Source of the DNA: Candidatus Multivorans sp.
GTDB taxonomy: Bacteria; Acidobacteriota; Thermoanaerobaculia; Multivoradales; Multivoraceae
Length of the DNA stretch: 64,000 nucleotides
Assembly (NCBI GenBank): GCA_965247095.1
Contig: OZ251997.1
Coordinates: 320,001 to 384,000 of the forward strand
Direction: 5' to 3'
This document shows positions 1 through 9,167 of this stretch, piece by piece. The position numbers and the translations under genes are program-made. The notes below the pieces were generated by a model. The model was given only the letters and a program-made list of their open reading frames with translations. It did not search any database and had not been told where the DNA came from. The stretch's first letter is position 1. Every line of letters begins with the position of its first letter.

Positions 1-1808
1 ACAAGAACCTTGTGGAGCCCGGGCTTGCCGCCTCGGCGTCCGCTTCGAGTCTGCAGCTCAACGAGCCCGGTGTCCTGATGGCGTCCGTCCAGGTCCGGGA
101 GGGGGATTCGCTGGACGAGGCCGCCCGGGCTCTCTTCGCCACGATCGACGAGATCGCGGCGGCACCGCCCACCGAGGAGGAAGTGGAGCGCGCCAAGACG
201 GACTATCTGTCGGCCATCGAACTCGCCTTCAACAACCCTCAGGGCATCGCGCTCCAGTTGAGCGAGTGGGCCTCGATGGGAGATTGGCGTCTCTTCTTCC
301 TGCATCGGGACCGCCTGGAGCAGGTCACGGTGGAAGGGGTTCACGAGGTTGCGCAGACCTACCTGCGCGACTCGAATCGCACCGTGGGCTACTTCTATCC
401 GACGGACGAGACGCCGGCACGGGCCGAGGTGCCTGAGCCACCTGATGTCGGCGCCTTGGTTGCGGACTACAGCGGGCGTGAGGCGGTGGCGGAAGGCGAA
501 GCCTTCGACCCGACGCCCGCGAACATCGATCGCCGTACGCGCACGCTCACCCTTTCGAATGGCGTGAAGGTGGGGTTGCTGCCCAAGGCGAACCGGGGCG
601 AAGCCGTCGCCGTTCAGCTTGCGTTCCGGCACGGAACCGAAGAGGCCCTGCTGGGCCGTGCTGTCGCTGGCGACCTGGCTGGCTCCATGCTGATGCGCGG
701 TACGACGAAGCGCTCGCGACAGGAGATCAGCGACGAGCTGGATCGGCTCAAGGCGCAGGGAAGCGTCGGCGGCGGCGCGATGATCGCGAGCGGCTCCTTC
801 ACGACGGTGCGGGAGAACCTGACTCCCGTGCTGAAGCTGGCTGGCGAGATTCTGCGTGAGCCGGCATTCGATGCGAAGGAGTTCGATCTGCTCCGCGAGG
901 AGCGTCTGGCTCAGATCGAGTCCCAGCGGTCCGAGCCCATGGCCCAGGTGCCGCAGGCGATGAACCGGCACTTCAACCCTTGGCCGTCCGACCATCCACG
1001 GTACTCGCCTACGTTCGACGAACAGATCGAGCGCCTGAACGCGGTCACGGTGGAAGAAGCGAGAGAGTTCTGGTCCTCCTTCTACGGCGCCGAGGGCGGC
1101 ACGATCGCGGTCGTCGGGGACTTCGATGCGGACGAGATTGCAGCCGAACTCGAGCAACTGTTCGGGGACTGGCAGGCGTCCCAGCCGTACGCACGAGTGG
1201 CGGACCCGCACCGCGAGGTCGAGACGGTCTCTCTCGACATTGAGACGCCGGACAAGACGAACGCGATGATGATGGCCGCGACCACCTTTTCGATGCGCGA
1301 CGACGACGAGAACTACCCGGCGCTCGTGATGGCAAACTACATGCTGGGCGGCGGATTCCTCAGTTCGCGGCTTGCGACCCGGATACGCCAGCAGGAGGGG
1401 TTGTCGTACGGCGTCGGCTCTCAGATCGCGGCGCCGCCGGTGGACGACAGCGCGATCTTCCTGACCTACGCCATCTTCGCGCCGGAGAACGCCGACAAGG
1501 TCGTCGCCGCCTTCAGTGACGAGATGCGCAAGGCGCTCGAAGACGGCTTCACCGAAGAGGAGTTCGATGCCGCCAGGCGGGGTTACCTGGACGCGCAGCA
1601 GAACGGACGATCCCAGGATCGGACACTTGCGGCGATGCTGAACAGCAACCTGTTCTTCGGGCGGACGTTCGAGTTTGTGGCCGCGCAGGAGCGGGCGATC
1701 GAGGCTCTGACGGTCGAGCAGGTCAACGAGACCCTCCGCCGTCACATCTCCCTCGATGGCATCTCGGTCGTCCGCGGCGGCGACTTCGCAAACAAGCTGA
1801 GCCAGTAG
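1..1808 (+). CDS. M16 (pitrilysin/insulinase-like) zinc protease, C-terminal portion; 5'-truncated by window
   Basis: Repeated M16 subdomains (TLSNGVKV, LGGGFLSSRLATRIRQQEGLSYGV); the HxxEH half lies upstream of the window. Confidence 0.85.
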   Translation, partial: KNLVEPGLAASASASSLQLNEPGVLMASVQVREGDSLDEAARALFATIDEIAAAPPTEEEVERAKTDYLSAIELAFNNPQGIALQLSEWASMGDWRLFFLHRDRLEQVTVEGVHEVAQTYLRDSNRTVGYFYPTDETPARAEVPEPPDVGALVADYSGREAVAEGEAFDPTPANIDRRTRTLTLSNGVKVGLLPKANRGEAVAVQLAFRHGTEEALLGRAVAGDLAGSMLMRGTTKRSRQEISDELDRLKAQGSVGGGAMIASGSFTTVRENLTPVLKLAGEILREPAFDAKEFDLLREERLAQIESQRSEPMAQVPQAMNRHFNPWPSDHPRYSPTFDEQIERLNAVTVEEAREFWSSFYGAEGGTIAVVGDFDADEIAAELEQLFGDWQASQPYARVADPHREVETVSLDIETPDKTNAMMMAATTFSMRDDDENYPALVMANYMLGGGFLSSRLATRIRQQEGLSYGVGSQIAAPPVDDSAIFLTYAIFAPENADKVVAAFSDEMRKALEDGFTEEEFDAARRGYLDAQQNGRSQDRTLAAMLNSNLFFGRTFEFVAAQERAIEALTVEQVNETLRRHISLDGISVVRGGDFANKLSQ

Positions 1809-1816
1809 CCGGCGTT

Positions 1817-1917
1817 TCCTGGGAACCCGGGTGGCGCGACCCGCGCCACCCGCGAACCGCTCCGAGCGCCCGTCATCGGGCGCGCGGATGGCACCCGGGC
1901 GTCTCGCCCGCATCCGG
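1817..1917 (+). repeat. REP-like palindrome (cctgggaac|cgggcgtctcgcccgcatccgg) interrupted by a 68-bp two-hairpin element (1827-1894)
   Basis: Near-identical inverted copy at 54223-54321; uninterrupted version at 17904-17935. Confidence 0.85.
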
Positions 1918-1943
1918 CGCGCAGCGCCGGCCTCCGCTCCGTC

Positions 1944-3950
1944 CTACTCCACAGCCTCGCCGCCAATCGCCGCCACCAACGCCGCGATCGAGTCCGGGTT
2001 CTCCAGCGTCCCCACGTTGACTGCCCGCTCCACCGGCTCGCCGGCGAGGATCCGCTTGATCGGCACCTCCAGCTTCTTGCCGGAGAGCGTCGTCGGCACC
2101 TCGGGAATCGCGCGGATCTCGTCCGGCCCGTGCCGTGGCGAGAGCCGCTTCCGCAGGTGGCGGCGGATGCGGTCGGCGAGCGCCGCGTCGAGCGACACTC
2201 CGTCGCGCGGCACGACGAATAGCCACAGCTTTCCTTCGCGATCCAGACTCCCGGTGTCCACGATCACGCAGTCTTCGATCTCGGGCAGCTCCGCGGCAGC
2301 GCGGTAGAACTCGGAGGTGCCCATCCGCACCCCGCCGCGGTTGAGCGTCGAGTCGGAGCGGCCGTAGATCAGGGAGCTGCCTTCTCCATCGAACTCGATC
2401 CAGTCGCCGTGGCGCCAGACGCCCGGCCAGTGGTCGAAATAGCTGTCCCGGTAGCGCTTGCCCGAACCGTCGTTCCAGAAGAAGAGCGGCATGGACGGCA
2501 GCGGTTCGGTGATCACCAGTTCTCCGACCTGCCCGGTGACGGCGCGGCCGCTCTCGTCGAAGGCCTCGACCTTCGCGCCCAGCGATCGGCACTGAATGCG
2601 TCCGCGACGGACCGGCTGCAGCGGGTTCGGGCCGACGAAGCCGGTGCAGACATCCGTGCCGCCGGACAGAGAACCGAGCCAGACATCGGACTTCACGTGC
2701 TCGTACACCCAGTCGAACCCCTCGGCCGGCAGCGGCGCGCCGGTAGAGCCGACGGCCCGCAGGGCGTCAAAGCCGAATTGCTTGCCCGGCTCCAGGCCGG
2801 CAGTCCGGCAGGCCAGCAGGAAGGGCGCGCTGACGCCGAAACACGTCACTGCCTCCTCGTCGGCGAGGCCATAGAGAGCCTCCAGGTCGGGCCAGCCGGG
2901 CGAGCCGTCGTAGAGCACGACGGTGGCGCCCACCAGAAGCCCTGAGACCAGGTAGTTCCACATCATCCAGCCGGTGGTCGTGTACCAGAAGAAGCGGTCG
3001 TTGGGCCCCAGGTCCGTGTGCAGCGAGAGCTGTTTCAGGTGCTCGAGGAGGATGCCGCCGTGCCCCTGCACGATCGCCTTGGGCAGACCGGTCGTGCCGG
3101 ACGAGTAGAGGATCCACAGCGGGTGGTCGAAGGGAACCGGCTCGAAGGCGAGTTCGCCGCTCTCGGCGGTCAGTTGCGCCCAGGTCAGGTCCATGGACGC
3201 TCGGCCGCCACCGCCACCGCCACCGCCACCGCCACCGCCGGCGCCACCGCCACCGCCGGCGCCGGGAACCAGAACCGCCGCCTCCAGGGTCGGCAGGGCG
3301 CCGACGATCCGCTCCAGGTCGCCGCTGCGGTCGAACCAGCGGCCGTTGTAGCCGTAGCCGTCGGTTCCGATCAGCACCTTCGGCTCGATCTGGCGGAAGC
3401 GGTCGAGCACGCTGTCCTTGCCGAACTCGGGCGGGCAGCTCGACCAGATCGCGCCCAGGCTGGCCGTGGCCAGAAGGCCGATCGCGGCCTCCGCGCTGTT
3501 GGGCAGGTAGGTGACCACCCGGTCGCCGACACCGACGCCGAGGCGCTGCAGTCCGGCTCGCGCGGCCGCGACTTCGCGGCGCAGGTCGTCCCGGCTCAGT
3601 TCCCGCCGGGGGCCCGCTTCGCTGCGGCAGATGAGAGCCGGTTCCGCACCGCCGCTGGCCAGGGCATGCTCGGCGTAGTTCAGGGTCGCGCACGGGAACC
3701 ACTCGGCGCCCGGCAAGGACCTGTTTCCGATCACCCGCTTGGCGGGGGTGTGAAGCCGGACCTCGAAGTACTCGGCGATCGATCCCCAGAACCCGTCCAG
3801 ATCGGTCACCGACCACTGCCAGAGTTCCTCGTAGCCGGCGAATCGAAGCCCACGCTCGTACTCCAGCCAGCGCAGGTAGCCGGTCAGGTTGCAGCGTTCG
3901 ATCCGCTTCGGCGAAGGCTGCCAGACGATCTCGGGGTCCATGACGTTCAC
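1944..3950 (-). CDS. Acetoacetate--CoA ligase (acetoacetyl-CoA synthetase)
   Basis: YSSGTTGLPKAIVQGHGG, TTTGWMMWN, SGGTDVC, GRSDSTLNRGGVRMG, SGKKLEVP motifs. Confidence 0.92.
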   Translation of the reverse strand: MNVMDPEIVWQPSPKRIERCNLTGYLRWLEYERGLRFAGYEELWQWSVTDLDGFWGSIAEYFEVRLHTPAKRVIGNRSLPGAEWFPCATLNYAEHALASGGAEPALICRSEAGPRRELSRDDLRREVAAARAGLQRLGVGVGDRVVTYLPNSAEAAIGLLATASLGAIWSSCPPEFGKDSVLDRFRQIEPKVLIGTDGYGYNGRWFDRSGDLERIVGALPTLEAAVLVPGAGGGGGAGGGGGGGGGGGGRASMDLTWAQLTAESGELAFEPVPFDHPLWILYSSGTTGLPKAIVQGHGGILLEHLKQLSLHTDLGPNDRFFWYTTTGWMMWNYLVSGLLVGATVVLYDGSPGWPDLEALYGLADEEAVTCFGVSAPFLLACRTAGLEPGKQFGFDALRAVGSTGAPLPAEGFDWVYEHVKSDVWLGSLSGGTDVCTGFVGPNPLQPVRRGRIQCRSLGAKVEAFDESGRAVTGQVGELVITEPLPSMPLFFWNDGSGKRYRDSYFDHWPGVWRHGDWIEFDGEGSSLIYGRSDSTLNRGGVRMGTSEFYRAAAELPEIEDCVIVDTGSLDREGKLWLFVVPRDGVSLDAALADRIRRHLRKRLSPRHGPDEIRAIPEVPTTLSGKKLEVPIKRILAGEPVERAVNVGTLENPDSIAALVAAIGGEAVE
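3205..3262. repeat. (ccgcca)n microsatellite encoding a poly-Gly linker
   Basis: ccgcca repeated about 5 times plus degenerate units; protein reads GAGGGGGAGGGGGGGGGGGG. Confidence 0.85.
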
Positions 3951-4035
3951 TCACCGGTTTTCCGCACGGCTCAGACCGCGGCGGCAGCGACCGCTAGGCT
4001 GATTCGGACGGTCACAACACAAGGGAGGCTAGACG

Positions 4036-4503
4036 ATGAAGCATCTTCCACTGATTGCTCGCATCCTGCTGGGGCTGATCTTCGCAGTCTTTGGCGTCAT
4101 CGGCCTGTTCGAGCTGGGGCCGGAGCCGGAGATGGGAGAGGAGGCTGCGGCCTTCATGGGAGCGATCATGGATACGGGCTACCTGTGGCCGGTGATCAAG
4201 GTGGCCGAGATCGTCTGCGGCGTGCTGCTGATCCTCGGCCTGTTCGTGCCGCTCGCTCTCGTGGTGCTGGCGCCGATCGTCCTGAACATCCTGCTCTTCC
4301 ACGTTTTCCTGGCGCCCGAGAGCGTGGTCATCGGCGTCGTGGCGGTGGTGCTCGGCCTCTACGTCGCTCACCAGCACCGGTCGAGCTTGAGCGCCGTTCT
4401 GCAGCGCAAGGCCGAAGCCCGGAACCCGCCCCGGCGGGTGCTACGAATCCGTGCCGACCGCGATCAGGTGACGGCGCGCCCGGAAGTAGATGACGCCGTC
4501 TGA
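4036..4503 (+). CDS. DoxX family membrane protein
   Basis: 4 TM helices, ARILLGLIF...TGYLWPVIKVAEIVCG...LAPIVLNILLFH; SD gggagg; 63-bp convergent overlap with next gene. Confidence 0.85.
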   Translation: MKHLPLIARILLGLIFAVFGVIGLFELGPEPEMGEEAAAFMGAIMDTGYLWPVIKVAEIVCGVLLILGLFVPLALVVLAPIVLNILLFHVFLAPESVVIGVVAVVLGLYVAHQHRSSLSAVLQRKAEARNPPRRVLRIRADRDQVTARPEVDDAV

Positions 4504-5793
4504 GATGGCGGGCGTCGCCATCAGGGTTTCGCCGAGTTCGTTGACGGCGATCTCGTTCAGTGCCGCGCCGGGTTCGATGACGTACACGTCGCCGTCCTCG
4601 CTGCTGAAGTAGATGCGGTCGCCGGCGGCGACCGCCGAGGCGCTGAAGCCGGAGGCGCCGCGTCCCAGGCGTTTCTGGGTCAGGCGTTCGCCGGTCCTCC
4701 AGTCGACGACGGTGACGACCCCGTTGTCGTAGCAGAAGTAGGCAAGATCGCCGACGACGATCGGCGTCTGCATGTAGTTCCCCAACCGTTCGTGGAACCA
4801 GGCCATTGCGTCGTGGTCGGGATCGAGCTTGCCCCTGGCGTCCGGATCGATGGCGTAGATCGGCTTCAGCCGGCCATGGGCGTTCGTGATCAGGATCGGA
4901 CCTTCGCCGGCGCGGATCGGCGTGGGCACCGGGATGTCGCCGCCGCCTTCGAGCCGCCACAGTTCCTCGCCGGTGTCGAAGTCGTAGCCGCCGATATGGC
5001 GATAGCCGTTGACGACGACCTGCCGGCCGCCATCGCCGCGCGGGAAGACGGCGGGCGTGCTCCAGGTGGCGACCTCTTCGCGCGGTGTCCGCCAGATGTC
5101 CTCGCCGGTCGTGGCATCCAGGACCGTGACAAAGGAGTCGCTCAGGATGTCGACCTGGATGATCACCCGGCCGTCGTGGACGATCGGCGAACTGGCGAAT
5201 CCCCACTCGTAGGTGGGGAAGTCGTAGGGACCGGAGTCGAGCACGCCGAACTGCCGGTTCCAGAGAGGGTTGCCGTCCAGGTCGTAGGCGTGGAGCCCCT
5301 CCGAACCGAAGAACGCCACCAGGACGCGGCCGTCGGTCGCCGGCGTCGAGTTCGTATGCGACGCCTTCATGTGGCGCTTGATTGCGGGCGTGCCGTGGAA
5401 GGCGGTCTGTTGCCATAGCAGCTCGCCGCTCCGTTTGTCGAAGGCGAGCACCTGGAACCGCTGAGGCGGCTCGCCCGCAACCGGCGTACCGTCGCCGTAG
5501 AGACCGACCTTGAGCGACGCCTCGCCGCGTTCGGGCACCGCCGAGGTCAGAAACAGACGGTCGCCCCAGATCACCGGGCTCGAATGGCCAAGGCCAGGAA
5601 CCGGAACGCGGAAGAGGACGTTCTCGCCGGTCTCCACGTTCCAGGTCGCCGGCGGCGATCCGGTGCCCCTGCCGTCCGCGCCGTTGCCGCGGAAGGAAGG
5701 CCAGTTGTCCGAGGCGGCGAGGGGCAGGGCCGCCGCGGCAAGCGCGAATGTCGCGAGGACCGAGGAAACCCGTCTCCTGGAGAAGGCCGTCAC
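4441..5793 (-). CDS. Exported PQQ-binding-like (BamB-type) beta-propeller protein, copy 1
   Basis: Signal peptide, NWPSFRG, GHSSPVIWGD, STPATDG and WSTP repeats. Confidence 0.88.
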   Translation of the reverse strand: MTAFSRRRVSSVLATFALAAAALPLAASDNWPSFRGNGADGRGTGSPPATWNVETGENVLFRVPVPGLGHSSPVIWGDRLFLTSAVPERGEASLKVGLYGDGTPVAGEPPQRFQVLAFDKRSGELLWQQTAFHGTPAIKRHMKASHTNSTPATDGRVLVAFFGSEGLHAYDLDGNPLWNRQFGVLDSGPYDFPTYEWGFASSPIVHDGRVIIQVDILSDSFVTVLDATTGEDIWRTPREEVATWSTPAVFPRGDGGRQVVVNGYRHIGGYDFDTGEELWRLEGGGDIPVPTPIRAGEGPILITNAHGRLKPIYAIDPDARGKLDPDHDAMAWFHERLGNYMQTPIVVGDLAYFCYDNGVVTVVDWRTGERLTQKRLGRGASGFSASAVAAGDRIYFSSEDGDVYVIEPGAALNEIAVNELGETLMATPAISDGVIYFRARRHLIAVGTDS

Positions 5794-5799
5794 GGCGAG

Positions 5800-7158
5800 C
5801 TACGACCCGGCGCCGACGGCGATCAGGTGGCGCCTTGCCCGGAAGTAGATGACGCCGTCCGAGATCGCCGGCGTCGCCATCAGGGTCTCGCCCAGTTCGT
5901 TGACTGCGAGTTCGTTCAACTCGGGGCCCGGCTCGATGACGTAGACGTCGCCGTCCTCGCTATTGAAGTAGATGTGACCGCCGGCGGCGACCGGCGAGGC
6001 GGTGAAGCCGGAAGCGCCGCGGCCCAGGCGTTTCTGAGCGACGCGCTCGCCGCTCTTCCAGTCGAGCACGGTGACCACGCCGTTGTCGAAGCCGAAGTAG
6101 GCGAGGTCGCCCACCACGATCGGCGTCTGCATGTAGTTGCCGAGCCGGCCATGGAACCAAGCCATTGCTTCGTGGTCGGGGTCGATTCCGCCCGCCGCGT
6201 CCAGATTAATGGCGTAGATGGGCCGCATGCGCCCGTGGGCGCTGGTGATCAGGATCGGGCCGTCGCCGGCGCGAATCGGCGTCGGCACCGGGATGTCGCC
6301 GCCTCCCGCGAGCCGCCACAGTTCCTCACCGGTGTCGAAGTCGTAGCCGCCGATGTGCTTGTAGCCGTTGACGACGATCTGACGACCGCCGTCGCGCCGC
6401 GGGAACACGGCGGGTGTGCTCCAGGTCGGAATCTCGTCGCGCCCGGTACGCCAGATGTCCTCGCCAGTGGCGGCGTCGAGAACCGCAAGGAAGGAGTCGC
6501 CCTGCACGTCGACCTGGATAATCAGGCGGCCGTCATGGATCAGCGGCGAGCTGGCGAAGCCCCACTGCGCCGTCTTGACCATGAAGTAGCCTGAGTCGAG
6601 CAGCCCGAACTGGCGGTTCCAGAGCGGGTTGCCGTCCAGGTCGTAGGCGTGCAGGCCTTCGGACCCGAAGAAGACGACCAGCACCTCCCCGTCGGTCGCC
6701 GGCGTCGAGTTCGTGTGGGATGCCTTGGTGTGGCGCTTGATGGCCGGCGTGCCCTCAAAGGCCGTCTGCTGCCAGAGCAGTTCGCCGCTCCGTTTGTCGT
6801 ACGCCAGCAGCTTGTAGCGCTGCGGCGGTTCGCCCACGACGGGCGCGATGTCGCCGTAGAGGCCGACCTTGAGCGATGCCTCCTCGCCTTCGGGCACCGA
6901 GGAGGTCAGGAACAGACGGTCGCCCCAGATCACCGGACTTGAGTGCCCGAGGCCGGGCACGGCGACCCGGAAGAGGATGTTCTCACCGGTCTCGACGTTC
7001 CAGGTCGCCGGCGGCGTGCCGGTGCCGTTCCCGTCCGCCGCGTTGCCACGGAAGGATGGCCAGTTGTCGGATGCGGCTGCGAGCGGTGACGTCGCCGCAG
7101 CCAGGACGGCCACGACGAGGAGGCGTTTGAGCGTCGGGATCTGTATTGATCTACTCAT
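5800..7158 (-). CDS. Exported PQQ-binding-like beta-propeller protein, copy 2 (tandem paralog)
   Basis: Colinear and highly similar to 4441-5793; start moved to ATG 7158 because the upstream ORF extension is repeat-derived. Confidence 0.88.
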   Translation of the reverse strand: MSRSIQIPTLKRLLVVAVLAAATSPLAAASDNWPSFRGNAADGNGTGTPPATWNVETGENILFRVAVPGLGHSSPVIWGDRLFLTSSVPEGEEASLKVGLYGDIAPVVGEPPQRYKLLAYDKRSGELLWQQTAFEGTPAIKRHTKASHTNSTPATDGEVLVVFFGSEGLHAYDLDGNPLWNRQFGLLDSGYFMVKTAQWGFASSPLIHDGRLIIQVDVQGDSFLAVLDAATGEDIWRTGRDEIPTWSTPAVFPRRDGGRQIVVNGYKHIGGYDFDTGEELWRLAGGGDIPVPTPIRAGDGPILITSAHGRMRPIYAINLDAAGGIDPDHEAMAWFHGRLGNYMQTPIVVGDLAYFGFDNGVVTVLDWKSGERVAQKRLGRGASGFTASPVAAGGHIYFNSEDGDVYVIEPGPELNELAVNELGETLMATPAISDGVIYFRARRHLIAVGAGS

Positions 7159-7169
7159 GGGTGAAGTAT

Positions 7170-7231
7170 GTGCCATCCGTGCGCCCGATGACGTGCGCAC
7201 GGCGTGGGTCGCAGGCGCCGCTGAGGTCCGG
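7170..7231 (-). repeat. Degenerate copy of the 68-bp two-hairpin element
   Basis: Right half (ccgtgcgcacgtcatcgggcgcacggatggcac) matches other copies; left hairpin decayed; preceded by CAAC. Confidence 0.75.
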
Positions 7232-7241
7232 GTTGGGTCTA

Positions 7242-8996
7242 TTAGTCGGGTGAATCCGGTTCCTCGACTTCAGAAGGACGGAGTAGCTTCTCCGGTGTGG
7301 CCGCGTCGCCCGGTTCGAGCCCCCGGTCCGCGGAAGCTTGACGGTTCAGACCCATCAGTGCCGAGATGTTCTGGATGTCTTCGTTGGAGCGAATCGGCGC
7401 GATGTCGCTTCGGCTGTCCAAGAAGTTGCGCAGCTCGCGGAGGATCGACGCCGCCTCCTCCGGCGCCGGGCCGAAGGCCAGCAAGTAACGAGGGGTGTCG
7501 AAAGTCCTTGGCCCATGACCAACGAAGGTCGAAGTGACCGCCCGTGCGACGATCAAGAGAGGCGTCAGACTGGATCGCACGATATAGTTCTCCGAGGACA
7601 CTGAGTCGAGGATCGCCTTTCCGACTGAGACCTTGGATTCGCTGTAGGTACCGTCACAGCGGAGCAACACAATGAGAGAATCGAACAGAATCTCGCACCA
7701 GAAATGATGAGCGATCTGCACTATCGTTGTGCCGAAGACCCACAGCACGACGGCGTAGAGAAGCAACGCCGCTGAGACGTTTGTGGCGGACGTGTCGGCA
7801 AGGCTTCCCGGGAGGAGGTAGACGAGAAAGGCCGCCAAAACGAAAAGCAGTACGCCGGTCCCCGAAGCCAGGGCCTTGAGCCGGTCGTAGTTCCTGTCTG
7901 GGGCTGCCTCGAGTTGGATGGGCTGTACTTCTTGGATGATGCGCCCGCTGAAGGCGCCCTTGTTGTCGCTGCCTTCCTCCATCAGTCCGGAATCCCAATC
8001 GGTATAGATCCGGTTGGGAGCCTCCTTGTGCCGGCGCCGCTTCATCACAATGCTGTCGAGATGCGTGAAGAGACTCCTAGGGTGGACGGACTCCTGCCAT
8101 TCTGCTTTGAATTCCGAAACTTCCGTGGGTGGGTAGGCGCCGATCTCACTGCGTTTCCGAAGCAGCAGGCCGAGCAGCGCGGCGGTGAGGGCGAGGAGGA
8201 CCAGAAGAGCCAGGAAGAGGCGGGGAAACGAAACGCCCAGCGGAGATGGCGAGAGCAAGTCCATCGTGGCGAAGACGATGGCGGGAAGGGTCAGGAGTGG
8301 AATCAGTAGGGAAAGTCTGCTGCTCTTCCAGTCTCCGAGAGGCAGTCCTTTTAGGGGGCGCAGACGAAGAGCGGCCAGTAACATGACAAGGCAGCCGCTG
8401 AAGAACACGGCGGCCCGGTCCGAGACCCAGGCGGAGCTGTCTGCCAGGATGCCTGAGAAACCGAGGAACCAGAGCAGGCCGTAGGCCATGGCGGCGGTCC
8501 CCACGAGCAAGATCAGTTTGAGCACGTAGTCGGCAACGGCGCGGTAGGGAGGAGGAAGGAACAGGAGCTGAGGGAAGACCGTATGGGCCAGGTGGCGAAG
8601 CCATTTGGACGGTGCGCGGTAAGTGATGTTCTTCCGTCCCACCAGCATCTCTTCAATCTGTTTGGCCTTGTACGTTGCCTGACCTGGAGGACCTTGAGGT
8701 TCGCCCTTAGTGAGGTTGGGTGCCAGATCTGCAGGAGCGTTCCTGCCAACGTAGAAGCGGAACACCTGGACTGCGCCGCGGCCTGCGAGCACGAGGCCCG
8801 CGGTGCTGAGGAGGACGGCGAAGAGCAGTTGTAGAGTGGCTTGCTGGCGGCCGCCGTCGTCCACCAGATCGGGAACTCGAAGGAACGACAGGACGCCCAT
8901 GCCGGCGACGAGGAGTCCGCCGGCAATCCGTATCCGGCCCTCGATGAAGTAAGGGTTCCGTATAGCGAAGTCGCTTGAACCGTACTCGAAGGTCAT
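7242..8996 (-). CDS. Hypothetical polytopic membrane protein
   Basis: About 584 aa with many hydrophobic segments; visibly more AT-rich codons than neighbours; likely start MTFEYGS (ORF open to 9155). Confidence 0.7.
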   Translation of the reverse strand: MTFEYGSSDFAIRNPYFIEGRIRIAGGLLVAGMGVLSFLRVPDLVDDGGRQQATLQLLFAVLLSTAGLVLAGRGAVQVFRFYVGRNAPADLAPNLTKGEPQGPPGQATYKAKQIEEMLVGRKNITYRAPSKWLRHLAHTVFPQLLFLPPPYRAVADYVLKLILLVGTAAMAYGLLWFLGFSGILADSSAWVSDRAAVFFSGCLVMLLAALRLRPLKGLPLGDWKSSRLSLLIPLLTLPAIVFATMDLLSPSPLGVSFPRLFLALLVLLALTAALLGLLLRKRSEIGAYPPTEVSEFKAEWQESVHPRSLFTHLDSIVMKRRRHKEAPNRIYTDWDSGLMEEGSDNKGAFSGRIIQEVQPIQLEAAPDRNYDRLKALASGTGVLLFVLAAFLVYLLPGSLADTSATNVSAALLLYAVVLWVFGTTIVQIAHHFWCEILFDSLIVLLRCDGTYSESKVSVGKAILDSVSSENYIVRSSLTPLLIVARAVTSTFVGHGPRTFDTPRYLLAFGPAPEEAASILRELRNFLDSRSDIAPIRSNEDIQNISALMGLNRQASADRGLEPGDAATPEKLLRPSEVEEPDSPD

Positions 8997-9167
8997 ACCT
9001 GCGCCTTTCTGTCGTCCCAGTGTTGCGAGCCTGTTCATGATAGCGGCGGTGATAGTCCGTTTCGCGGAAGGCCCAGCCGCATCGTCGGCGAAGGGCGGGC
9101 GGTCCGGTCTGATCAGATTCCCATCCAGTATCGTGGAGGCAGTGGACGCGATCACAAGTGCCGGGGC

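Noticed and set aside
4441-4503. Convergent 3' overlaps (DoxX/PQQ, monooxygenase/NUDIX, hydrolase/HupE, AcnX/porin) as functional dual coding
   Set aside because: Overlapping tails are low-complexity read-through, common in GC-rich genomes
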